From Eledone cirrhosa (taxonomy: Eukaryota): a stretch of DNA of 64,000 bases. Location of the stretch: NCBI GenBank assembly GCA_964016885.1, contig OZ024744.1, positions 52,576,001 to 52,640,000 on the forward strand, written 5' to 3'. Below are positions 43,101 through 56,100 of this stretch, piece by piece; the stretch's first letter is position 1, and each line of letters begins with the position of its first letter. The position numbers and the translations under genes are program-made. A model generated the notes under the pieces. The model did no database searches. It saw only the letters and a program-made list of their open reading frames with translations, and was not told where the DNA came from.

Positions 43101-45540
43101 CTACAGTACATCATAAGACCTCAGTGTTTTCTACAGTACATCATAAGACCTCAGTGTTTTCTACAGTACATCAAAAGACCACACTATATTCTACAGTACA
43201 TTATAAGACCACACTATCTTGTACAGTACATGATAAGACAAGACTACCTTCTACAGTACATTATAGGGCTACACTACCTTCTACAGTACATCATAAGACC
43301 ACACTACCTTCTGAAGGATACCACAAGTCCACACTATCTTCTACGGTACATCATAAGACGACACTACCGTCTACAGTACATCATAAGACCACAATATCTT
43401 CTACAGTATACCATATAATCACACTACCTTCTACAGTACCGCATAAGACGACACTACCTTCTACAGAACATCATAAGGGCACACCCTCTTCTATAGTACA
43501 TCATAAGACCATAGTACCTTCTACAGTACACTATAAATACCACACTACATTCTGCATTCATCATAGGACCACACTACCTTCTGCAGTATATCATAAAACT
43601 ACACTACCTTCTAAAGTACATCATAAGGCCACACTAATTTCGACAGTACACCACAAGACCACACTACCTTCTACAGTATACCATAGGACCACAGTACTCT
43701 CTTCAGTACATCATAAGACCACACTAACATCTACAATACATCACAAACCCACACTACCGTCTACAGTAACCATAAGACCACACTACCTTCTACAGTACAC
43801 CATAAGACCACACTCCCGTCTACAGTACATTATAGGACCACACTACTTTCTACAGTACATCATAGGACCAATCTACATTCTACAGTACATCATAGGACCA
43901 ATCTACATACTACAGTACATCATAAGACCACACTACCTTCTACAGTACATCATAAACCACACTCTCTTCTACAGTACATCATAAAACGAAACTACCTTCT
44001 GCACTATATTATACGTCCACACTACATTCTACAGTGCATCATAAGACGCGCTGTCTTCTACGGTACAACATAGGCCCACACTACCTTCTACAGTACATCA
44101 TAAGACCACACTACATTCTACAGTACACCACATGTTCACACTATCTTTTACGGCACATCATAAGACCACACTACCGTCTTCAGTACATCATAGGACCATA
44201 CTATCTTCTACAGTATACCATAAAATCACACTACCTTCTACAGTACATCATAAGAGCACACTACCTTCTACAGTACATCATAATACCACACTACCGTCTA
44301 CAGTACACATAAGCCCGCACTGACTTCTACAGAACATCATAAGACCACACCCTCTTCTATAGTACATCATAGTGCGACACTACCTTCTACTGTATACTAT
44401 AAGACTACACTACCTTCTACAGTACATTATAAGGCCACACTAAATTCGACAGTACACCACAAGACCACACTACCTTCTACAGTACATCATAAGACCACAC
44501 TACCGTCTAGAGTACATCACAAGGCCACACTACCGTCTGCTGTACACCATAAGACCACACTACATTCTATAGTACATCATAAGACCACACTCCCGTCTAC
44601 AGTACATTATAGTACCCCACTACCTTCTACAGTACCTCATAGGACTACACTACTTTCTACAGTACATCTTAATACCACATTACCTTCTACAGTTCATCAT
44701 AGGACCACACTACCTTCTACAGTACATCATAATACCACACTACCTTCTACAGTACATCATAGGACTACACTACATTGTACAGTACATCATAAGTCCACAC
44801 TACCTTCTACAGTACATCATAAGACCACACTACCGTCTACAATACATCATGAGACAACACTACCTTCTAGAGTACACCATAAGTCCACACTACTGTCTAA
44901 AGTACATCTTAAGTCCACACTGTCTTCTACAGTACATCATAAGACCACAATACCTTCTACAGTAAATCATAAGTCCACACTACGTTCTTCAGTACATCAT
45001 AAGACCTCACTACCTTCTACAATATATCATAAACCACACTGTCTTCTGTAGTATATCATAAGACCGCACTACTTTCTACAGTACATCATAAGACCACACT
45101 ACTTTCTACAGTATACCATAAGACCACACTCCCTTCTACTGTGTACCATAAGACCGCACTGCCTATACTATTGACTACACTATACTGTTAGACTACACTA
45201 TCTTCTACAGTACATCAAAAGACAACACTGTATTCTATAGTACATCATAAGACCACACTACCTGCTACAGTATATCATAAGTGCATGATCTCTACTACTG
45301 TGTATAATAAGACCACACTGCCCTCTACCTTATATCCTAAGTCTTATAGTACACCATAAGTCAGCTCTCCCTCCTACAGTACATAATAAGACCACACTAC
45401 CTTCTACACTACATAATGAGACCACATTGCCTTCTACGTTATATTATAAGACCTAATTTCATCTTACAGTACATCATTGGTCATCAATCCCTTCTACACT
45501 ATATAATAAAGCCGCCCTACATAATGTTGTACAAAATACC
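25155..45540 (+). repeat. ~20.4-kb tandem satellite, 30-bp unit, consensus CTACAGTACATCATAAGACCACACTACCTT (~680 diverged units)
   Basis: 30-nt periodicity throughout. Translates as (STVHHKTTLP)n or (LQYIIRPHYL)n. Edges degrade gradually. Confidence 0.98.
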
Positions 45541-46475
45541 ACTATAATTTCCAGAGTGCATTATAAGACATAAATTTACTTCCAATATACATCGTGACAC
45601 ATCACTCCTTATAACTTACTTTAAAAACCTCTCAAAGAACAACATAAACACTAAACTAGATAACATCTTGGACGTAGAATGATCTATGTGATGTGCAACA
45701 TAGAATGATAGAAAGAAAAACTAAATTGCATTATGATATATATGCTCTACACATAAAACATATCAGTTTCTACGCTAGGTATAGTTGAAAAGGAGATTGA
45801 ACTTTTATAACACTAGTCTTTCATCAGGAGGAAGAAATGATATTTGGATGAAACAAGATAAAAAAGAAAAGATAGACGAGAGTGAGAAAAGAAATGAGTC
45901 GGGAATAGGTATATAGGAGAAAAGCGTGTGTCTGTGTTAGCCGCCCATCTTGAAAAGTGAAGATTTTAGAAGAACGTTAGGAGTATTATACGCGATGTGT
46001 GCGGTGGCCGTGAGAAGGAGTTTATGCGAATGTGATACAGCAATGTGTGTGTTGTGAAATAGATTACTGCAATGGTGGAGATATCTACATGTGTGCTAAG
46101 AGTGTTATGTGTGTGCCGGTGTGTGTATGTGTGTGCCGGTGTGTGTATGTGTGTCGAGAGGTATATATGTCTTGCGTGAGTGAATGTATGTAATTTAATG
46201 TGTATAGGAAGATCCTGTTGTAGTCTCGGGATGTGTCTAAGAGCTAAATATGTGTGTGTGAGAGCGGTAGTTTTTTTTTCTTTTCGTAACCAGCGATGTA
46301 TAAAGACATCTGATTGTATGGTCGAGATAAATGTAAACAAAATTACACGAAAGCTCTATCTTTCTAGCGTAGTCTCACGACGCCACCCCCTCGCTTCAAA
46401 GCTAAGTAAGAATTGGTATTTAGACATGTAACCACTATTCAGAAAAGACCCCACTTTCATCAGTTTCACTCCCCG

Positions 46476-46554
<79 letters not shown>

Positions 46555-46999
46555 TATATATTTGTGTGTGAGTATGTGTGTCTGAGAGCATGTGGGTGTG
46601 TATTATAATAATCGAGTGACTTTGGCATTCGCGGCAAATTTCAGTTTGAAACCATCCTCTTATAAAGAGACTAGAACTTCAGAAAGATAGAAAGAAAAAA
46701 AATATTAATACCACATCAATATTTAATACTAGACCTGAAAAATGCGCAAGCTCAAAAGAGCCACAGAATGTTATAATAAACCTTCAAAAGTGTGGGACTA
46801 GAGTTGTTGCTCAAAAATATTGTAATCATTATCTATCGTGCAATCTGTCGCAACTTTTTATAAAAAAAGAGACTCATAACGAACTCAAGATGACACGATA
46901 ATTATTTAAGCTAATGTTCAATATCTCATATTACATGTTTAGTAATGATTAATACGAAATGCACTTAAACCGAATTCTATATTATAAATTCACTTAATT

Positions 47000-49250
47000 G
47001 CCTATTCTAAATAAGGCCATGTTGGGGAAGGAATGGAGTAAGTGAGAAAAGATCACCTACCTTGATCGTGTGGGAAAGGGACAGTCGTACTGTCCCTTTG
47101 GCTGGTCATGAGTGTCTCCAAGATAATGTTGTCGTACATCCTCTTGGTAACCGACCCTGTGAAGTCTCCAACTACGTTGGGGAATTTTTCTTTTAAATGT
47201 ATATAATGTTCTATTTTAATTTCAATAATGTTTATATTTTTTGGTAATTTTTTGGTAGTGTTGGTAGGGTGTAGTAATTTTTGTCTGTAATGTCTGTGTG
47301 CTGCTCTATATGTTCTAGGAGTTCTTTATTTGCCATGTTTATGGCTGTGTAATGTTTTTCTTTTTTTTGGGGGGGGGGGGGATGCTGCTGTTTTCTTGTT
47401 GCTGTTGGGTGTGTGTGTGCTTTGCTGTGTTTGCTATGTTGCTGTTTTTGATGATGCTGGTGGTGGTGGTTGTTGTTGGTGGTGATGTTTGTGGTGGTGA
47501 TGGTGATGCTGGTGGTGTTGCTGCAAGTCTCCTTGCAGCCTTTACGCCTCTTTGTTTGCCTTCCCTTTTGGAGGATGAAGCTAATGGTTTTTTTCTTTTT
47601 TCTTTTTTGTTTGTGGCAGACCGTTTGCCACCTCCCTCCCGCCTCATACTCCATGTCGGATTCTGTGGCGTCTGGGAGGGATATGAGCTCCACTGCTGCT
47701 GCTGCTGCTGCTGGTAGTGGAGCCTACTGCGGCGATTTTGCCGCCGGTATAGCTACTGCGACTGTTGGTGTTGCCGCCACTGCTGCCGCTGTTTTAGTTG
47801 TCCGTGGCCTTGGTATGGGTGCCACGGACGTTGCCCTCCTACTCAGCGTGGAAGTGTCTTCTGCCTTTTCTGCTCTTGGTAGCAGCGGATCAGGTGTCGA
47901 AAGGAGAGGACCCTTCTGCCCACAGAGATAGCACTTTGGGCGCCTTACTTCCACGCTTATAAGGAATTGGAGTCGTTCCTCGAGGTCTATGACATCTGGG
48001 ATGGCCTCAATGCACTCCTGGTCAGTCTGTATTAGCATTTGCATGCCTATTCCTAACCAGTTCTCTCTTCCCATTCGCTGTATTTGCAGTATGGTGGTCT
48101 TCTCCTCGATTCCAGCCAATACAGACGCGGAGAGCCAAGAGATGGGCACGTCGGGCGGGACCTGGGTCACTTTGACCCTCACAATTTCTTCCCGCAGTAG
48201 GAGGGCACCAAGAATATCTTTTCACTCTTTACCGTTTCCAAAGAGTGAGATTTTGCCTCTTGGGGTGTAGCGAAAAGTACGTCTACTGTGGCATACTTTC
48301 TGCCTCGGGTGATTTGGGTTTTGCGCGCCCAGACGCACCGCAAGGCCTTTTGGATTTGAGCCTCTGTCGATCACTCCACCCGATCTGACATTTTGCTTAC
48401 GGTGCGGTAAGTCACCGTGCGCAGCTGCTGGTCTTTGAAGAAATAGGGTGGAGGTTTCAGGGAAACTCTATTGTCATTTCTTGACACCATGGCTCTTGCG
48501 ACTGCCATCTCCTCCTCTGTGTCTAGCACTGTCACTATATTTCGGGCCACACCTGCGAAAGAAGTGGTCCCCTTTTTCAGCGGCACCATTATTGCTGCCG
48601 CTACTGCTGCTACTGCTGCCACTGCTGCTACTACTGCTACTACTGGTCTTGTTGTTGGTGCTGTTGCTGTTGCTACTGCTACAAACGGTATTGTTGGTGT
48701 TGTTGCCGTTATCACTGTTGTAGTTGGTTGTGTTTTTGGTGCAACTCTTGTTGTTTTCGGTGGAACTTGTAGTGTTGCTGTTGGTGTTGTCGTTGTTTAT
48801 TTTCTTGTTATTGGTATTAATATCGTTGTTGCATTTGTTGTCATTTTTTCTGTTGTCTGTATTTTAGTTGTCGCTGTTATTGTTGTAGGTGTGGTAATAT
48901 TTTTAAAATTAGTGTTCTCAGTTTTGTTGTGCTTGTTCACGTTGTTTGTGGTGGTGTTTGTTGTATGAATTTCACTAACCCTCCTCTCAACTTTTACGTC
49001 GTTGTCACACGACAGCAGACATAATGCTGAGGTACGTGGCTCAGTCATGTTTTTTATTTTTTTATTTTTAGAAAAAGTAAAATATTTAAATATTTGGGCC
49101 AAAAGGCCCAAATATTATACTTTCTCCTTCACAGAGCAAAGTCCAATGGCTTATATCCCTTACACAACAAGAAGAATTTAACAACAAATAATTATAATAG
49201 GTAAATCAAGCGAATTACTGTTAGCGGACAAAATGACGTCCAAACAGACC
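47000..49250 (-). mobile_element. L1/Tx1 element, 5' half: 5'UTR, disrupted ORF1 and first ~7 codons of ORF2, 3'-truncated
   Basis: ORFs 48797-49111, 48371-48715, 47724-48182 and 47232-47693 are homologous to ORF1. ATGGCCTTATTTAGAATAGGC (MALFRIG) at 47020 is the ORF2 start equivalent. The 5' end abuts (AAT)7 at 49251. Confidence 0.85.
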
Positions 49251-49271
49251 AATAATAATAATAATAATAAT

Positions 49272-52200
49272 GAAATCAGCAGTGGTGATGAAATCACCGG
49301 TCGTTATGTAACCATATATTCACCAATCCTCGATATGAGTGTTTAAATGTCGAACCTAAACAGTTCGAATAAGGGTGAAAAGGAGACTGGAACGTCATGT
49401 GAAAGACTCTCACCCAGCATGTGCTCCCTGGCCCAACAGGAGGGACCTGGCTATCATCCAAATACTGCTGGTGTTGGATGAAGAAGAAGACCAACTAGAC
49501 GAAAGAATTGAATAGAACTGTCATGAAATGTTACCCGAAGAGTAACCCCATGGAAACGGATGCATAACATCTGGAACGAGATTGGTCTATTTAAATTAGA
49601 TGAACAAAAATTGGCCGAGCAGGCTCGGGTAATAAGAACTTGTGGATGGAGTTGGAACTGGAGGAACTGAACAGAGAGATTAAGTCGGAAATGGAGAGTG
49701 GAGTATGTCAGGCAAATGAGCCAGTGGGAAATGAAGGTGGAGAGGTTGAGAGACCTGAGGAAGCATCCGAAGCAGACAATGATCTGAATGCTGAAATAAA
49801 TAACATCTGGAACAAAGATACGGCCATTGAGGAAACGAATCCTGACGGGCTAGGGCAAGATTTGGTTGATATCCTGAACTTAGTGGTAGATGAAATGAAT
49901 AATGATAGTGGAAAACCTATGAACCTAAGATTTGTATATAGGAAAAAGTTAAAAGAAACAACAGCTAAGGTAAACAAAGTCATCCCATACCTTGAGGCGA
50001 GGAACCTTTACCAATACAACAATATCCTCAAAGCAACCGCAAATGCGGTGAGTAAATTACTTGGCATATAAATGAGAGGAAAGAACAAACAAGAAAGATC
50101 AGAATCTTGGTGGAAGAAACAACTGAATGGTCAAATCAAGGAAATGAGAAAAGATATTGGAAAGCTTGAGCCCTTACTTACATTACAAAACAGACGCTAA
50201 AGATAGATTGAAAATAAAATACAAAACTAAGAGGAAAGAGCTAAATGATATCATAGAGGAACTGAAGCAATGCATTGTAGCAAAAAGTGCAAAGATTAGG
50301 CGGTATGAGAACAGAATCAGTCAGTATAGACAGAACCGCATGTTTGACAACAACCAGAAGATGTTTGAACAGCTTGAAGGGAAAGAAAGAGGCAACGACT
50401 TGATCCCTGAGGCGGAACAGACTAAGACATTCTGGAGAGGTATATGGGAGCAGGATGTTGAGTCTAATAGTCAGGCAGTGTGGATTGAAACATTTCAAAA
50501 GGGGATTAGTGAACAAGCACACCAACAACCTGATTTTAGTATCACAGTTGAAACTCTTAAAGGGCAGACTAAAAACTAACCAACTGGAAAAACCAGGCCC
50601 AGATGGTGTGCAAGGGTATTGGATTAAAAATATAACATCCCTCCACCCGAAACTGAAAACCATGTTTAATGACTGCTTGATGTCGGTTGAAGTACCAGTG
50701 TGGTTGACAAAATGTACCACAGTTCTGGTAATGAAAGTTCGAATCAAGAGTAATGATGTTACCAACTATAGGCCTATCACATGTCTGTCCGTAATGTGGA
50801 AACTGTTGACAAGCATTATGTCTGAGGAAATCCACCATCACCTCCACATAAACAACAGAAAGGATGCCGAAGGAAGTCCCGTGGTACAAAGGACCAGCTA
50901 CTTATTGATAAGATGGTAATGAGGAATTGCAAGAGGAGACACACTGGTCTTGCCATGGGATGGATAGACTACAAAAAGGCATTTGACATGGTGCCTCATT
51001 CTTGGATCACCAAAAGCCTAGAGATCTTCAAGGTGGCAGATAACATCAGACAGTTGTTGAGAAAAAGTATGAAGTCCTGGAAAACAGAGTTAACATCGGC
51101 TGGAGAATCCTTGGGAGGCGTGAAGATCAAGAGAGGTATCATCCAGGGAGATAGTCTGTGCCCTCTGTTGTTTGTCCTTGCCCTGATGCCCCTGACCACT
51201 ATACTGCGAAAAGTGAAATACAAGTTGGGAAAGGGAGAGTTTACCATCAATCACCTCCTCTTCATGGACGATCTTAAGCTCTTCGGGAAGAGTGAGAAGG
51301 AGTTGGATGTGCTTGTTGACACTGTCCGTATTTTCAGCAATGATATATGTATGCAATTTGGTATTAGTAAGTGTGGAGTCCTTGTGATGAAGAGGGGTAA
51401 ATTGAGCAGAAGCAACGGAATCCAGGTACCAACAGGTGAGATGATAAAGGAAATTGACACTGAAGAAGGATACAAGTATTTGGGTGTTCTGGAGGCTGAT
51501 GACAACAAGAACAAAAAAATGAAGGAATTGATAAGATCTGAATACATTCGGAGAGTAGGGAGCGTATTAAAGTCACATCTGAACAGTAGGAATGCCATAA
51601 GTGCAGTAAATTCCCGAGCTGTGTCTATTATTAGGTACAGTGCGGGAATTCTGAGATGGAATGTTGCTGAACAAAAAGAAATGGATAGGAAGACTAGGAA
51701 GCTATTGACTATCTACAACATGATCCACAAGAGGAGTGATGTCGATAGACTCTACTTAAGGAGATCTGAAGGTGGAAGAGGTCTTAGCATAGAGGACTGT
51801 GTTCAGATGGAGAAAAGCAACCTTCACAAATACGTGACTGATAGTAAGGAGCCAATGCTCAAAACTGTAGTGAAGGAGAGGACTATAGACCAAGGGATGT
51901 CCAAGGAGGAAATAACAACAAGCAGAAAGAGCAGCCTTCAGGAAAAATCCCTTCATAGTACCTTCTTTGAGCAAACTGAATTCAGAGATCCACAGACATG
52001 GAACTGGTTGAAAAGAGGAGACCTTAAAAAGGCTACAGAAGGAATGTTAATGGCTGCGCAAGAGCAGGCCCTCAAAACAAAGTGGCTGAAACACCATATT
52101 TACAAGGAGGAGGCTAGCCCACTGTGTAGGATCTGTGGAGAGAGAGAGAGGAGACTGTGGCTCACATTGTATCCGAGTGTAAACACCTAGCCCAGACTCA

Positions 52201-52775
52201 CTGTAAAAGCTGGGGACATGAGATGATGGGCAGGGTGATCCACTGGTACCTATGCAAAGTAAACAATTGACCACATTCAGAGAAGTTGTATGAGCATAAG
52301 CCAGAGTCGGTGATAGAACACGATCAGGTGAAGGTGCTATTGTATTTTAGGATAAAGACGGACAAGAAACTGGAACACAATAGATCTGACCAGGTGGTTT
52401 TGGACAAGGAAAAAAGATCGTGCCTGATTGTGGATGTAGCCTGCACATTCGACACGAGAGTGCAAGAAAAGGAGAGGGAGAAAATTAACCGATATCAGGA
52501 TTTTAAGTGGGAGTTAAAAACTATTTGGAACTGCCATGAAGTCAAAGTCGTCCCGATTGTCATAGGAGCACTAGGTACTATCTCAAAGAGTTTCCAAGGA
52601 TGGTTAAAGAAGATTGGTGTAGCCCCGCTTTTTGGAACACTTCAAAAGGCAAGCTTGCTGGGAACAGCAAGAACCCTCCGATACGTCCTGAATATCTGAG
52701 GCTGCAGGTAGTGGCTTGATATTCATTTCAACAAACTTTCGAGTTAAATAACATCAATGAGTGAGACTCAAAGAA
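49272..52775 (+). mobile_element. R4/Dong element, near full length, second subfamily, multiply frameshifted (copy D)
   Basis: ORF pieces 49640-52699 with PGPDG, NYRPITCL, DYKKAFD, QGDSL, FMDD, YKYLG, GGRGL, CRICGE, and RLE (RSD..D..C.FD..EK..RY). (AAT)n on both sides. Confidence 0.92.
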
Positions 52776-52783
52776 CAACAACA

Positions 52784-52829
<46 letters not shown>

Positions 52830-52839
52830 TAATAATAAT
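52776..52839 (+). repeat. (AAC)/(AAT)n between tail-to-tail Dong and Tx1
   Basis: Direct reading. Confidence 0.95.
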
Positions 52840-53101
52840 GATTTCTTTATTAACCACAAGGGTTTACATAAAGTAGACATTAAGGACAGTGCAGGACAAT
52901 GCAGGACGGTACAAATGGGCATTTCTGCGTGTAAAAAAACAAAAACAGAGGATGTAACAAAAATAACAATGAAAATAACAATGAAAAATTCCCCAATAGG
53001 GGGGAGACTTCGGAGGGACATTTGTGGAGAAAGCCCAGTAAAAAGCCACAATGACCCTGACCACCAAGGCAAGTGCCCTCTCCCAGTTTTCCACCTTTAG
53101 T

Positions 53102-56100
53102 TTACAGATATATACTCAGAGTCGGCCCATTCACTCGGGCCATTCTTGCTTCTCTCACCCATCTTTCAACAAAATGCTGGGAAGAGAGCACTTCCTTCTC
53201 TACTCTGATTTTCCTTTTCAAATGAAATTTGAAAAAGTCAATCAGAGCATCACCGAAGAGGTAAGTGCTCGTCTTCAGCCCTTTCAAACGTGTCCACCAT
53301 ACTATCTCTTTCGCCATGGCCACCAGACAGATAAAAACTGCCTGCCCTTCCCGGCTAAAGGAGGAGGGCGGGGCAATCCTCACGATAGACTCAGATGATA
53401 GCTGGATCCGTCCTAAACGCGACAGCAGGTGTTCGACATAAACCCACAAGTCAGCAATTTTCGGACACTGGACGAGTGCGTGCAGGACGGTTTCGTCGCC
53501 CTGCGCGCATCTCGGACATGCCCGGCTGACGGCACCTCCATGCCTGTAGAGTTTATCCCGAACTGGCAAGGCTCCTCGGTAGCACTGCCAGGCCAGAGAT
53601 TTCTGGAAGTTGTCCATAGGCCCTGGCCCGAAAGTTCTTCCGAAGAGATTGGCTAGTTGATTTTCGTCGACGCCTAGAGTTTCCCCAAGTACGTCGTCGC
53701 TCTTCCCCTCCACTAATCCTCTATAGAACGCCGAGGTGGAGTTTCCACCGATCACATTGCCCGATTGGCCGAGGGCTGTGAGCGCCTGAAGACATTCCAG
53801 TCTCCAGGCGCTCCCTCTCGGTCTTCGCTTGACCCAGGACTGCAGCTCCGTCAAGGAAACGAGCTGGGGAAAAACGCGTCTAGCAAACGGCGACCACACC
53901 TGATCACCGTCGAGGAAGAGGTGGAGATGTCGTAGCCTGAGCGCGTGCCTGCGCATCATCAGCCACGGCATGCCCAGCCCTCCACGTAGCGGGTGTTGAC
54001 AACAGATGGACCGCCTGACCATCGGAGCACGTCCCTTCCACAAAAAGCGAAAGAGCAAACGCTCCAGCGCAGTCAGGCGAGGCTTAGGACAAGGTACGAC
54101 GGTTAGGCGGTAGCAGATGACAGACGCGATGTACGCGTTAGCCACCTCCGCTCGACCTTTCAGGGATAGCTTCCTCTCCGCCCATTTCTGGGTGAGAGAA
54201 GCCACCCTGCTCGTCACCTCGTCCCAGTTTTTGTCCGTCTGGAGGTCCGGACCGAACCAGACCCCTAGCAATTTAACCGGTCCGTCCGTCCAGCGCCCGA
54301 CGACGCTGTTGGACGGCATGGACCTGCCTCTCCAGGTGCCGAGCTGCAGGCCCACTGACTTTTCCTGGTTGATCATTGCTCCTGTCACCGCTTCGTATTC
54401 TCTTAGTGTAGTGCCGATCGCCTCGATGTGTTTGGCGTTCGACACCACTACGGTGACATCGTCGGCATATGCTGACACGGATCTTCCGCATCCTAGTTCG
54501 CGCGGGACTCCCCTCAACGTCTCCAGTTTGTGCAGTAATGGCTCGAGAGTCAATACGTACAAGAGGGACGAGAGGGGACATCCTTGGCGGACCGAGCGCA
54601 TGATGTTGAACGGTTCCGACAGGTGACCGTTCACTCTCACCACAGAGCAGATGTCGCTGTGCATGGCAGCGATCCAGCCTCTGAAGACGGGCCCAAAGCC
54701 AGCCGCCCTCAGGACTGCCGCTAGGTAACGATGGTCGACCCTATCGAAAGCTTTCGACTGATCTAAATTGATCAAGGACCCACCCGTGCCAGGTTCCCTA
54801 GCTACCCTCTCTACGATGTATCGCATGAGGTGGAGGTTGTCGTGGATGGATCTGTCGGGAATGGCGCATGTCTGCGCCTCTCCCACCAGACCACCAACGA
54901 CAAGCGCCAACCTCTTTGCTAGCACCTTGGCCAAAATCTTAAACTCTGTGTTTAGCAGAGTTATGGGCCGGAAATTGTCTATGTTATCCCCCTTGTTCGG
55001 ATCCTTTCTCAGCAGTGCCACCGCTCCTCGGCTCACAGAACTGGGAATTCTCCCGTTCTGTTGCCAGTTGCAGTAGACGTCCGCCAAGAGGCCTCCGAAC
55101 AAGTCTGGCATCTGTACGTAAAGTTCATAGGGCAGACCATCCAAACCAGGCGATTTACCCCTTGTGCAGCCAGTCATTGCCTCCCGTACTTCAGCGGCTG
55201 TTATCGGCTTTTCGCAACACCTCGCCTCAGTGGCCGAGAGCCGCGGCAGCCCGTCGAGGTAGACACTAAAGTCCATCCCTCTACCCGGCCCCCCGCTGCC
55301 CCCGAACAGCTGAGCGAAGTGTCGCTGAAAAGCTTCACACATTTGCCCGGGATCGAGTAGCATGCGCCCGTCGTGGTCCACCAAAGACCGGATCGTGGCT
55401 TTGTTGCCACGACGCGCCTCCGCCACTCGGGCCCATTGAACGGCTTTCGTCCCCTCGTGTCTGAGAGCACGCACCCTAGCTCTGACAACGCAGCCTTCGT
55501 GCTTTGCATTGAAGAATTGGTCAAGGGCCAATTTCGCCGCAAGCACGTCGGTCGCAATGCCTTTGCTAAGCGCCTCGTCTAATTTTCTAACTAGTTCTCC
55601 CTCTGCTCTATTTTTCTCTATTGCTAAAGCCTTACTAAACCTAATCGATTCTATTCTAATCGCTCTTTTCAGAGCAAACCACCACTTGTTGTTGACGATG
55701 GCCCCCGTCAACGCCCGCTTAACTAGTTCGCTAATCCGGTCTCTGTAGGCCTTGCGCGCTGGTAAGGACGCGTTTAGCTTCCAGTAGCCGGGTCCTCGTC
55801 TATGAAGCCTATCTAAGTCAAGCACACAGATCACGAATTTGTGGTCCGTGTAGCTGACTATCTTGAATTGTGGACAGCCTATGCTAGACCTATCTATTTC
55901 CCTACAAAATACTCTATCTAGATATGATCTGGATGACCCTATGCGATTTGTCCAAGTCCACATTGGCACATTCGGGAAATCCAATCGGTACCTGTCAGAC
56001 AGTTCAAAACGCCTGAGCAGGTTGGTGAGGCTCTTGCACCCTCCACCCCTATCCGCTAATCCCACACAGTCCCAGCGTGCATCTAAGATCCCGTTCCAGT

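Noticed and set aside
25155-45540. Satellite as a CRISPR array or as a real mucin gene
   Set aside because: Contiguous tandem units with no unique spacers and no cas genes. Frequent 1-nt indels and stops, and no signal peptide or clear exon structure.
45850-46480. Possible DNA transposon/MITE remnant
   Set aside because: No terminal inverted repeats, TSD or transposase similarity could be confirmed.
49272-49500. HDV-like ribozyme at the Dong 5' end
   Set aside because: A hairpin (TCATCCAA..TTGGATGA) is present, but I could not build the nested double pseudoknot by eye.
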